Assembly: GCA_011967385.1 (NCBI GenBank)
Contig: GCA_011967385.1_4516.1
Reading direction: 5' to 3' (one strand)
Length of the DNA: 27,389 bases
From: a phage
The position numbers and the translations under genes were made by a program. The notes beneath the pieces are model-generated. The model was not told the origin of the DNA, ran no database searches, and saw only the letters and a list, made by a program, of their open reading frames with translations. Positions 17,907 through 25,770 of this stretch are shown here, piece by piece (the first letter of the stretch is position 1; every line of letters begins with the position of its first letter).

Positions 17907-18925
17907 ATCTTCGAATAACGAGATAATCTCATTTTAGCATGCAACCCACTTGAAATATTCTGTTTCATATATTCTAAAATTTCTTGTGGTGTTGCATTTT
18001 CTTTCATTACCATATCATTAACATCCTTTGAACTCCATGGAGCTCTATCCCAGAACATAACGCGTTCGCCTGCATCTACTAATCGCTTCATACGAGCTAT
18101 AGTATCTGGATGCCTAGGTTCATTATCCATTACCCATACCCGACGTTCTTTAAATGGTACCACATCTAAATCTATTGAGCCGCCTGTAATAGCGATTGCA
18201 TTGGGTATGAATAAACTATCAATAGGGCCTTCCATTACCCAGACGTCTCCTTCCTTAACACGTTCAACACCATAAATTTTTGTTGCAGATTCAAAAGCTT
18301 TAATAGTGATATATTTTTGAGGAGCATCTTTGCGAAGTGCACGTCCTTGAAATGACTCAGCCTTCCCGTCTTTATTAAAAATAGGTATCACTAAACGCGG
18401 TTCAGGAATCTCTTTCTTATACGTACCAGGTTGAATTTTGTTAACCAATTTAGGCCATTCTAATGTGAACCATAATCTGTTCCACGATTCTTTAGGAATA
18501 CACCGAGACTTAACATATTTCACAATAGGATGCTCTTCAGGCAGCTTGTCCAGACGAGAACAAGACGGCAAAGAATTTATAGTCTTTTTCTCCGGTTCTG
18601 GTTTATGTTCAGGAACCTTTTCAATCTTTGGTTCCATTCTAGCTTTTTCTTTACGAACTTCCATTAGATATTCACGATAAAGATCTTCGTCATACTCTTT
18701 TAAGTATCCGGAAATTGTATTATGATATTGACAGTTATAGCAATGCACATTACCTGGAGTACCGCCATAATACCATCCGCGAGCTTTCATTGCATCTGTC
18801 TGAGAGTCGCCACAAACTGGACAACGAAACGTTAATTTAAATGTGCTTGAATTATTGATTTGTCTAAAACGAGGTAGGTGAGAAAACGCACGATAAGCAA
18901 ATTCATTATCTATCCATTCAGCCAT
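17903..18925 (-). CDS. 61: DNA primase
   Basis: 340 aa; WIDNEFAYRA, zinc-finger FRCPVCGDS, GWYYG and C-terminal MAKMRLS.Y.KI match recalled T4 gp61. Confidence 0.9.
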   Translation of the reverse strand: MAEWIDNEFAYRAFSHLPRFRQINNSSTFKLTFRCPVCGDSQTDAMKARGWYYGGTPGNVHCYNCQYHNTISGYLKEYDEDLYREYLMEVRKEKARMEPKIEKVPEHKPEPEKKTINSLPSCSRLDKLPEEHPIVKYVKSRCIPKESWNRLWFTLEWPKLVNKIQPGTYKKEIPEPRLVIPIFNKDGKAESFQGRALRKDAPQKYITIKAFESATKIYGVERVKEGDVWVMEGPIDSLFIPNAIAITGGSIDLDVVPFKERRVWVMDNEPRHPDTIARMKRLVDAGERVMFWDRAPWSSKDVNDMVMKENATPQEILEYMKQNISSGLHAKMRLSRYSKI

Positions 18926-18964
18926 AGTATTCTCCAGAGGCCTTAAATTAATAAGGCCATCATA

Positions 18965-19459
18965 TCACAACTTATTGATATTTACTTTAATTCGCTTTCT
19001 TTTCTTGGAAGGAATTTGTTCTGGACCTTTATTTACGACTGCACCTGTAGTTGTTCCTGATGCAATAGCTTGAGGGCTGCCACCTGAATCACCAGCCACC
19101 ATATCCTCAAATAAAGGGAGTTCTTTAAATATTTCTTTCTGCTGTTCTTCTGTAATGTTATAGCGGGATGATACAGCACTCCAGGCAGACATCATTGAGG
19201 CCATTCCATTAAGTCCTGGAACAGTGCTCATCATTCGCTTCATTGAACGAACTGAAGCATGAAAAGGTGTATAAGCCGCTTTCTCTTCGGGAGTAGAAGG
19301 ACGTTTAAGAACACTTCCACGTTCGTCGATTATTTTGGCTTCGTACGCTTTCCATTCTGTAAAAGGTTTTTGCATTAGTCGAATAAACTTATATGCATAA
19401 ACTGAATCTATTGCAGTGTTAATAATACCCATAGGTACCTCCTGAGTATATTTAATCAA
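18965..19459 (-). CDS. Hypothetical protein, 164 aa, basic C-terminus
   Basis: ORF track; lies in the 61.x position. Confidence 0.55.
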   Translation of the reverse strand: MIKYTQEVPMGIINTAIDSVYAYKFIRLMQKPFTEWKAYEAKIIDERGSVLKRPSTPEEKAAYTPFHASVRSMKRMMSTVPGLNGMASMMSAWSAVSSRYNITEEQQKEIFKELPLFEDMVAGDSGGSPQAIASGTTTGAVVNKGPEQIPSKKRKRIKVNINKL

Positions 19460-19649
19460 TCACAAAGATCGCTTTATCACCGTTCGCATCTGTGACTTCA
19501 TATGTAGTGTCTTCATAGTGCGGAATATTCCAAATTACACCATCATTAGCTTTTACGCTAATATGGCATTGGTGTTTTGAAACAACTTCATAGTCTTCAA
19601 AACTTGTAAAAACACTAATTTTAGAACCAGTGCAAATTGCAGTAGTCAT
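19452..19649 (-). CDS. Hypothetical protein, 65 aa
   Basis: ORF track; tightly packed with flanking genes. Confidence 0.45.
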   Translation of the reverse strand: MTTAICTGSKISVFTSFEDYEVVSKHQCHISVKANDGVIWNIPHYEDTTYEVTDANGDKAIFVID

Positions 19650-19650
19650 T

Positions 19651-20310
19651 TTAACCTCGATTCATAAATGCATTAAATATTTGGTCATCAACAGAAATTT
19701 CTAGTTCGACTTCAATTGCTTCAGCCTTTTCTTCAGGTGGTAATTCGTATCCACACACTACAATTTTTTCATCGATATCAAAATATACAGAAGCAATACG
19801 ATTAATGTTATTTTCAGTTAAGTCTAAATCAACATCAACATCTTTTTGACCTACACTTAAAGGATAACTAATACGGGTTATTTTATTATCTTTAACAAAG
19901 AGTCCACCAACATACTCTGTACTACGTTTGAAGTTTACACGTTTCCGAATTGAAAGATATGATACATCTTTACCGTGAGCTCGGCTCATAGGACATAATG
20001 AATAGCTAGAATAAGAGATATCAAATCCTACGCCTTCAACATGTGCCAGAGTATCATGAGTAAACCAATTATAGTCGTATGCCAAATCCATTAAATTATA
20101 ATATGTGAACGGAACTGGATTAACGTCATACGTTGTACCTTTAAAATCTGCCCAGGCAACGATTTCGTTATCTTTAACAATTACAAAAATTACACCAATA
20201 TGGTATCCGTTATTATTTTCATTCGGCGTTATATTATAACATTGTGCATTAGGAAATTTACCATATTTAAACGGCGCGTTTTTGTGCATATAATAAATCA
20301 TATTATTCAC
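19651..20310 (-). CDS. Hypothetical protein, 219 aa (position and size like T4 61.2)
   Basis: ORF track; synteny only. Confidence 0.55.
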   Translation of the reverse strand: MNNMIYYMHKNAPFKYGKFPNAQCYNITPNENNNGYHIGVIFVIVKDNEIVAWADFKGTTYDVNPVPFTYYNLMDLAYDYNWFTHDTLAHVEGVGFDISYSSYSLCPMSRAHGKDVSYLSIRKRVNFKRSTEYVGGLFVKDNKITRISYPLSVGQKDVDVDLDLTENNINRIASVYFDIDEKIVVCGYELPPEEKAEAIEVELEISVDDQIFNAFMNRG

Positions 20311-20596
20311 CTGTGATTTCGGTTACGATATCTTTGTTATCGAAATTAGGGTCACAATACAAAACATAGTTGTACTGCATGATACCACCAGACTTAAGTT
20401 GTTCAACAACTTTATTAACCATATTAGGACGGTCTCGTTTAGTGATGTTCATGATATCAGAGAAGATTTGTTGTTCAACATCTTCTTGATTTGCAGTCAT
20501 TGACCACTCACAGAGGTCTTTATCATAACCTGCCGTAACTGGAGCCGGTGCACATGATACTGCAAGTAAGATTGCTGCCAATGATAACTTTTTCAT
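20303..20596 (-). CDS. sp: Spackle periplasmic protein (inhibitor of tail lysozyme, superinfection exclusion)
   Basis: 97 aa; signal peptide MKKLSLAAILLAVSCAPA; GYDKDLCEWSMTA...IMNI.KRDRP...LKSGG.MQYNYVLYCD matches recalled T4 Sp. Confidence 0.8.
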   Translation of the reverse strand: MKKLSLAAILLAVSCAPAPVTAGYDKDLCEWSMTANQEDVEQQIFSDIMNITKRDRPNMVNKVVEQLKSGGIMQYNYVLYCDPNFDNKDIVTEITGE

Positions 20597-20625
20597 TTTA
20601 ACTCCTTAGTTGATTTGATAGGACT

Positions 20626-20654
20626 ACTATACTATAGTCCATCTATAATGTAAA
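20626..20654 (-). promoter_or_regulatory. Early-type promoter: -35 TTTACA, 17 nt, -10 TATAGT, upstream of sp
   Basis: Minus-strand GTTTACAttatagatggactatagTATAGT. Confidence 0.45.
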
Positions 20655-20659
20655 CAAGT

Positions 20660-20908
20660 TTATTCTTTTTCGCGAATAATAATTACTTGTTGAGGCTGCT
20701 GAGCAGATTTCTTTTCGGCAACGATAGACCAAATTAAAGTTCCAATCCAACCAACCATCGTCCAGTTAAAGAGCAAAGATACAAAGAAGATTGCTGTTGT
20801 GCTTTTTGTGCCACGAATAAGTGCGATTACCCAAGGCAACATGTAAATGATGATTGAACCAATACCTGCGATTAAAACTGCTACTGAACTAGCTACGAAT
20901 AATTCCAT
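20660..20908 (-). CDS. Small inner-membrane protein, 82 aa, two hydrophobic segments
   Basis: ORF track; hydrophobic composition; own promoter at 20937-20966. Confidence 0.55.
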   Translation of the reverse strand: MELFVASSVAVLIAGIGSIIIYMLPWVIALIRGTKSTTAIFFVSLLFNWTMVGWIGTLIWSIVAEKKSAQQPQQVIIIREKE

Positions 20909-20936
20909 GTTAATTTCCTCTTGATTTGTTATGTTT

Positions 20937-20966
20937 ATAGTATCTTGTTTTAACTTTGGCGTAAAC
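20937..20966 (-). promoter_or_regulatory. Early-type promoter: -35 GTTTAC, -10 TACTAT, upstream of the 82-aa membrane protein gene
   Basis: Plus-strand tatagtatc ... gtaaac architecture shared with the other promoters. Confidence 0.4.
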
Positions 20967-20969
20967 CAA

Positions 20970-21338
20970 TTAATTAAATTTGTTTAAACGTTCAATACAC
21001 TGGACGTAGTTATTCGCGATTTGTTTCTGGGTAGGCTCTTTACCAGTTGTTTCAATATAGCGAATGAATGCGATTTCAGTAGCCTGTAAGCAATGTTCTT
21101 TAACGCGTTGTTCTTTTGTCAATGCTACAGTATCAGAATCACGATAACGTTGAGCATGGGCATCAGCTTGAATCATTCGATTACCTACAGTAACCGGGTC
21201 TTCCACTTCAACTTTAGGTTGGTTGTACTGTTTAACATTCGGGTTATAAATCAATTGGCCAACATTATTAGGGATAAAGCCGTGAGCACCACATCCAGTT
21301 AATCCGAATACCATTGCTAAAGCGATTAATTTTTTCAT
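20970..21338 (-). CDS. Predicted lipoprotein, 122 aa (signal peptide with lipobox LTGC)
   Basis: N-terminus MKKLIALAMVFGLTGC; promoter at 21367-21396. Confidence 0.6.
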   Translation of the reverse strand: MKKLIALAMVFGLTGCGAHGFIPNNVGQLIYNPNVKQYNQPKVEVEDPVTVGNRMIQADAHAQRYRDSDTVALTKEQRVKEHCLQATEIAFIRYIETTGKEPTQKQIANNYVQCIERLNKFN

Positions 21339-21366
21339 TTCAATTTCCTCTGTAGTTGATAGAAAG

Positions 21367-21396
21367 ATAGTAACACAGTATGCGGTGCTTGTAAAC
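21367..21396 (-). promoter_or_regulatory. Early-type promoter: -35 GTTTAC, -10 TACTAT, upstream of the lipoprotein gene
   Basis: Plus-strand gatagtaac ... gtaaac; same architecture. Confidence 0.4.
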
Positions 21397-21409
21397 AGCT
21401 ATTTTAAAA

Positions 21410-21598
21410 TTATCGAAAATCTGCTTCAAAAACTTTCTCGTCATTAACAAATGCTTTAACTAATGCATTGTTCACTTCAGCAAGTTGTACCGCCACCCAC
21501 TCGATTTCTTCACGATCACCTGATAACATAATATCTTTAGTGAACATCTCACCGCTTTTAAACCAACCGATAAAAGTAACTTTAGTTAATTTGCTCAT
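21410..21598 (-). CDS. dmd: Dmd antitoxin (inhibitor of host RnlA/LsoA RNase toxins)
   Basis: About 62 aa from the ATG at 21596-21598 with GAGGA SD; KVTFIGWFK...MFTK...VQLAEVNNALVKAF..D.KV.E.D.R matches recalled T4 Dmd (60 aa). Confidence 0.75.
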   Translation of the reverse strand: MSKLTKVTFIGWFKSGEMFTKDIMLSGDREEIEWVAVQLAEVNNALVKAFVNDEKVFEADFR

Positions 21599-21837
21599 AT
21601 TTCCTCGCAAAATGCCCATTCAGCGTGATAAACTGTAGCACCTTTAGTATCATTCATTTGAACTACGTCTACCGGAGAAATTACTCGATAGAGACGTGGT
21701 TCACCTCCATAAGAGCGTGCTGCTCGTCCTGCATAAATCTTTGCTAAACCGATATCTTCAGTAAAGAATACACGATTCAAGTTTTTCTTACGTCCGGTTT
21801 CAGACAGAACTCCTGTTTCTTCAGGAGGACAAAGCAT
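21595..21837 (-). CDS. Hypothetical protein, 80 aa; possibly the downstream part of a frameshifted gene
   Basis: ORF track; weak SD; a 46-aa ORF with a good SD (ATG at 21909-21911) overlaps its 5' end in another frame. Confidence 0.4.
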   Translation of the reverse strand: MLCPPEETGVLSETGRKKNLNRVFFTEDIGLAKIYAGRAARSYGGEPRLYRVISPVDVVQMNDTKGATVYHAEWAFCEEI

Positions 21838-21937
21838 ATTTTCGATGTTAGCTGAACTACTTGAACCGTGATAAAAATCTTAAATTCTGCTTTACAATCG
21901 ATGGTTTTCATTTTGTTCTCCAGTAGTTGATAGGTTT

Positions 21938-21966
21938 ATAATAACACAACTACTGGAGAAGTAAAC
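21938..21966 (-). promoter_or_regulatory. Early-type promoter: -35 GTTTAC, -10 TATTAT
   Basis: Plus-strand tttataataac ... gtaaac upstream of the ORFs at 21595-21911. Confidence 0.4.
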
Positions 21967-22341
21967 TTAAAACCGTAATTTAGATATATCTGCGTTGATT
22001 TCGCTTTGATTTGCGTCGTATGCAATTAAACGAACCGCTTTAGATGGGTCATTCAATGCATAGAAATGATGGAACATTGCTCGAACGATATCACCATTTA
22101 CGAGTTCTACCTGGATGGGAGAACCTTTTTCTAGTTGGAAATGTTCATAAGCTTTGATGGTTCGCAGATAATCAAGTTTTTGATTTCCGGCTCCAACAAT
22201 TTGTACGATACGTTTGCCCATGTTTTCCATACGAGATACAATAGTTTTAGGAGCAAGAATAACGTAGGTTGCCAACGGAGAAACTACTTCAACAGTTGTG
22301 TTTTCGGTGATTGCAGTAAAAATTGCTTGAGACATATTCAT
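21967..22341 (-). CDS. Hypothetical protein, 124 aa
   Basis: ORF track; promoter at 22371-22399. Confidence 0.55.
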   Translation of the reverse strand: MNMSQAIFTAITENTTVEVVSPLATYVILAPKTIVSRMENMGKRIVQIVGAGNQKLDYLRTIKAYEHFQLEKGSPIQVELVNGDIVRAMFHHFYALNDPSKAVRLIAYDANQSEINADISKLRF

Positions 22342-22370
22342 AATGTTTTCCTCTTGGTTGGTGTAAGTAC

Positions 22371-22399
22371 ATCATATCATGCCTAGAGGAAGATGTAAA
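22371..22399 (-). promoter_or_regulatory. Early-type promoter: -35 GTTTAC, 17 nt, extended -10 TGaTATGAT, upstream of the 124-aa gene
   Basis: Minus-strand GTTTACatcttcctctaggcaTGaTATGAT, immediately downstream of the hairpin after gene 41. Confidence 0.45.
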
Positions 22400-22405
22400 C
22401 CCCGA

Positions 22406-22423
22406 AAGGAGACCGAAGTCTCC
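22406..22423 (-). terminator. UUCG-tetraloop hairpin after gene 41; the minus-strand U-tract is short, so it may be an RNA stability element or weak terminator
   Basis: Minus-strand AGGAGACttcgGTCTCCTttcgggg; the better T-run lies on the plus-strand side. Confidence 0.4.
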
Positions 22424-22429
22424 TTTTTA

Positions 22430-23872
22430 TTAAAATTTTAACTCATTGGCTAAGCTATCTAGGTCAGCACGTGTTGCTTTGGCTTTACCTACGCGTTCCG
22501 TACGATTCACCTCTGCCTGACGCATCTGAGCACCTGCGTTTTCATTTACTGTGTTAGGTGTGTTCATGCCTTCTTGCTCAATCTCAACCCATTTCTGATT
22601 GCCTTTACGTACACCCATCAAGAACTTGTTCCACTTATTCTTATCACCATATCGTGATTTGATTTGTTTGATAAGTTGTTGTTCAGCTTGTGCAAGTTCT
22701 TCAGTTTCAATTACAGCCAACATGAAATCTGCCGTTGCTGGTAAACCTGCTGATTCTGCAATATCACTCATGTTCATGTCTGAAGCATCCCATGCTGCAC
22801 GTCCTACTTGAGCTGCAGTCCATAGAACTGTTTCAGATTCTACTGCTAATGCACGAAGTTCTTCTGCGATAGCTTTAACTAATGTGTAGCTATTTTCAGT
22901 GTAAACTCTGATACGACAAGACCCACAAATACCTAAGTAATCGACTATGATTACAGACGGCACAAAGTTCTTCTTAAGTTTCAATTCATTAAGCAATGCA
23001 CGGAATGTATTAGCATTAGCTCCACCAGTAGGATACTGTTTGACCACTAAACGTCCTAATGTGGATTTTGAACGCCATTTTTCCATCTTGGCTTTATATT
23101 CAGCATAAGATACGTTACCATCATCGATATCATCGAGTGATACGTCAAGCATGTTTGCATCTATACGCTTAGCACAAACTTCTTCGGCCATTTCCATGGA
23201 AATATAAAGAACATTATGTCCTGTTTGAAGATAATCTGCAGCAAGTGAACAAAGGCCTAAAGATTTACCAACGTTAACACCAGCCATTAAAACGTTCAGT
23301 GTACCGGTTTCAGCACCACCTTTGGTGATTTTATTCAGAATGTTTAATTTGAACGGGACCTTACGTGCTTTATTTAGATAAGAAAGCCAGCGTGCTTCAT
23401 AGTCTTCCATCCAGTCGTGACCAACATAACTATCAAACGAAATTGAAAGTGCTTGACGCATAATATCAGGAATAGCTCCTACGTCAGGCATTTTCTTGTT
23501 ACGTTGTTCTGGAGGTAGTTCGGCATTAGTCTGAATCTCAATGATTTTGGACGTGGCATTATACATCGCTTTTTGCTGGACATATTTCTCAGTTTCTTTA
23601 ACCAACCATTCGTGGTCTTCAGGAGTATCAGCCAATTTTTCAATTAGGTCTGAAGTTCCTTTATATTCGGCTTCAGTTAAAGAACTGTTATCTAAAGCCA
23701 CCTTTAATACATTGATGGATGGCATTGCATTATATTCGTTAACGTGGCTCTTTATAATTTTAAAGACATTTTTTGCCGGTCCACGCTCAAAATACTCAGA
23801 ATCCATATAAGGCCAGACCTTAGAAAAATAAGCCTGGTCATATACGAGATGAGACAAAATAATTTCTACCAC
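22430..23872 (-). CDS. 41: Replicative DNA helicase (DnaB-like), GTG start
   Basis: 480 aa; Walker A GVNVGKS; size and synteny match T4 gp41 (475 aa). Confidence 0.92.
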   Translation of the reverse strand: MVEIILSHLVYDQAYFSKVWPYMDSEYFERGPAKNVFKIIKSHVNEYNAMPSINVLKVALDNSSLTEAEYKGTSDLIEKLADTPEDHEWLVKETEKYVQQKAMYNATSKIIEIQTNAELPPEQRNKKMPDVGAIPDIMRQALSISFDSYVGHDWMEDYEARWLSYLNKARKVPFKLNILNKITKGGAETGTLNVLMAGVNVGKSLGLCSLAADYLQTGHNVLYISMEMAEEVCAKRIDANMLDVSLDDIDDGNVSYAEYKAKMEKWRSKSTLGRLVVKQYPTGGANANTFRALLNELKLKKNFVPSVIIVDYLGICGSCRIRVYTENSYTLVKAIAEELRALAVESETVLWTAAQVGRAAWDASDMNMSDIAESAGLPATADFMLAVIETEELAQAEQQLIKQIKSRYGDKNKWNKFLMGVRKGNQKWVEIEQEGMNTPNTVNENAGAQMRQAEVNRTERVGKAKATRADLDSLANELKF

Positions 23873-23881
23873 GATAACTCC

Positions 23882-24244
23882 TTAAAAGAATTTAAATTTT
23901 TTCTTGGTTCGTTCATTAAAAGCTTGTTGTACCTGCATTGTAACACATTTTTCAACATGCGGCGCAAGTTCTGCTTTTCTGTCCTGGTCAAGAACTGCAA
24001 AGTCCATTACGATTTTACCATCAACCCAATCTAGTTTTGTAATATAGACTATATGATGAGAACCGTCTTCAAGTGTAATCAGAATCTCTTGAATGACATT
24101 TTCCATTGCTGAACGGATAATTTTAAGAGATTCATTAAACACTCGTTCTTTGCGAATGTCCTCCCCTTCCGAAGAAGGGGATTCATCAACGATTTCTAGA
24201 TTTAAATCATCGAGATTATTCATCGAAATCTTCCATTTCGTCAA
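23882..24244 (-). CDS. 40: Protein in the position of T4 gene 40 (head vertex assembly chaperone), 120 aa
   Basis: ORF track; lies between 41 and uvsX as in T4; sequence identity not verified. Confidence 0.55.
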   Translation of the reverse strand: MTKWKISMNNLDDLNLEIVDESPSSEGEDIRKERVFNESLKIIRSAMENVIQEILITLEDGSHHIVYITKLDWVDGKIVMDFAVLDQDRKAELAPHVEKCVTMQVQQAFNERTKKKFKFF

Positions 24245-25154
24245 GGTCGTTTTCTATATCTGCTGCAGATGGAGCATCAGAAGTTTTAACCGGAACTTTA
24301 GTTGTTGCTTTGCAATTAATAAGGTCGTTAACTGCGTCATCAACTTCTTTAATAGAAGAGATAGCACCTAGTTTATATTTAGTTTCAATTGCATCTCGGA
24401 AAGGTTTGTGTTTAAACAACGGTCCCCAGAATTCTACACAATCGGTAGCTTTAGCGCGCCATGATTTCTCTTCACGAATCATTTCACCTGTTTCTTCGTC
24501 AAGGAATTCACGAGCATACCAACCGGCTTTAGGTTTAACTACAAAACCAATTTCAGTTGCCATTTCTAGCAAGCCACTGAATGGGTCAATACCGCCATCA
24601 AAATTAACCGTGATCGGGAAAGTAGATTTCTCTTTAACCGTACGAGATTTTTCTGCTTTCAACGTGAAGTCATAACCGGTCAATTCTGTACCTTCTTTAA
24701 CCTGACGTTTAGAGATAAAGAATACAGTGTTAGCAGAGTAAAGAATACCTGTACCACCACCCATAATCTCTTTAGGATATAGTCCGCCGATTTCCATTGC
24801 TGTATGGTTGATTGCAACACACGGAATATCTTTAATAGTCAGATACGGGGTCACAATACGGAAAAGAGATTTAAGTGCCTTAGCACGAGACATATCACCT
24901 ACGACTTTCTCGTTCAACGCATCTTCGGTTTCTTTCTTAGATGCAGTATTACCGATTGAATCGATAAAGATAATAACTTTATCACCGCGTTCAATTGCAT
25001 CAAGCTGATTAGTCATATCAACTTTAAGTTGTTCGACGGACTGAATTGGTGTATGAACTACACGGTCTAAATCAACACCCATCGAACGGAAGTAAGATTC
25101 TGAAGCACCAAATTCCGAATCATAGAACAAACAGATTGCATCATTATATTTTAC
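24216..25154 (-). pseudogene. uvsX: uvsX recombinase (RecA-like) homolog lacking the N-terminal 80 or so residues, including the Walker A motif; no ATG start
   Basis: Homology to recalled T4 UvsX starts at ...YNDAICLFYDSEFG (T4 ...YPDAVCLFYDSEFG) and continues to the acidic C-terminus; Walker B VIIFIDSIGN present; in-frame TGA (25155-25157) and TAA (25161-25163) directly upstream. Confidence 0.7.
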
Positions 25155-25220
25155 TCATGTTTAAAAGATAAGATGATTATATACTAAGGGTTATACAGCA
25201 TTTAAAACTTTAAATGGCTC

Positions 25221-25769
25221 TTAACGAGCCCATTTAATGATTTCTGTAATCAAATTATTACGTTCGCTTGCATTAAATCCTATAACTTTGTTAGAACCAT
25301 CATGATTAAGTAATTGATACGTTTGGATTTTGTTATGAATTGCAAACTCTTCAAAATATGAAATGACTGTATTAAAACCGAATGAAGACAAAGTAATAAG
25401 GTCGTCTTCAAAGCTTTCAGTCATTTCGTTACGTGTTAAAATAATTGTGAACACATCATGGTTTTGACAAAGACGAACATAATCCTGTTCATAAACGTCA
25501 AGAACCGAGTCCGCATCTTGTCGAATACGTCCATAAACCCAGTTACTAATATATCCACGGTCTAATAGATAAATCTTAGTAGGGTCTAAATAATTCAACA
25601 TCGTTTCGAAACAGCCAACTTCATTTCGAGACTTAACATCGAAACGCCCATCAACTGTTCGTTTAGGGAAATCAATCTTTACATATCTTTCACTAATTTC
25701 CATTATGTCATTAATGAAAGTTGTTTTACCGGCATTATCTGGGCCATCTACTAAAATAATTTTAGCCAT
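25221..25769 (-). CDS. P-loop nucleoside/nucleotide kinase-like protein, 182 aa
   Basis: N-terminal Walker A ILVDGPDNAGKTTF; LLDRGYIS resembles the DR(Y/H) motif of thymidylate/dNMP kinases; GAGGA SD; start 1 nt after the upstream stop. Confidence 0.65.
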   Translation of the reverse strand: MAKIILVDGPDNAGKTTFINDIMEISERYVKIDFPKRTVDGRFDVKSRNEVGCFETMLNYLDPTKIYLLDRGYISNWVYGRIRQDADSVLDVYEQDYVRLCQNHDVFTIILTRNEMTESFEDDLITLSSFGFNTVISYFEEFAIHNKIQTYQLLNHDGSNKVIGFNASERNNLITEIIKWAR

Positions 25770-25770
25770 T

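Noticed and set aside
22406-22430. A plus-strand intrinsic terminator after gene 41, since the T-run (TTTTTATT) follows the hairpin on the plus strand
   Set aside because: There is no plus-strand gene upstream to terminate. The hairpin has the same UUCG-loop design as the four clear minus-strand terminators, so it is treated as a minus-strand element with a weak U-tract.
750-24675. Plus-strand ORFs of 60-160 aa in the ORF track (for example 750..1079, 3068..3445, 6108..6416, 7192..7482, 12380..12595, 14413..14892, 18438..18680, 22135..22386, 23541..24034, 24310..24675)
   Set aside because: All lie antisense inside well-supported minus-strand genes, have no convincing Shine-Dalgarno sequence and low-complexity or Ser/Leu-rich translations typical of antisense frames. 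Only the plus-strand ORF 17709..17906, which is intergenic and has a strong SD, was kept.
25155-25769. The possibility that the P-loop kinase ORF is the missing N-terminal part of UvsX (split gene or gene-60-style translational bypass), since the two ORFs are in the same frame and 66 nt apart
   Set aside because: The kinase is 182 aa against about 85 missing residues, its C-terminus has no similarity to the UvsX region preceding CLFYDSEF, and its DR-type motif fits nucleotide kinases rather than a RecA fold. The shared frame is most likely coincidental.
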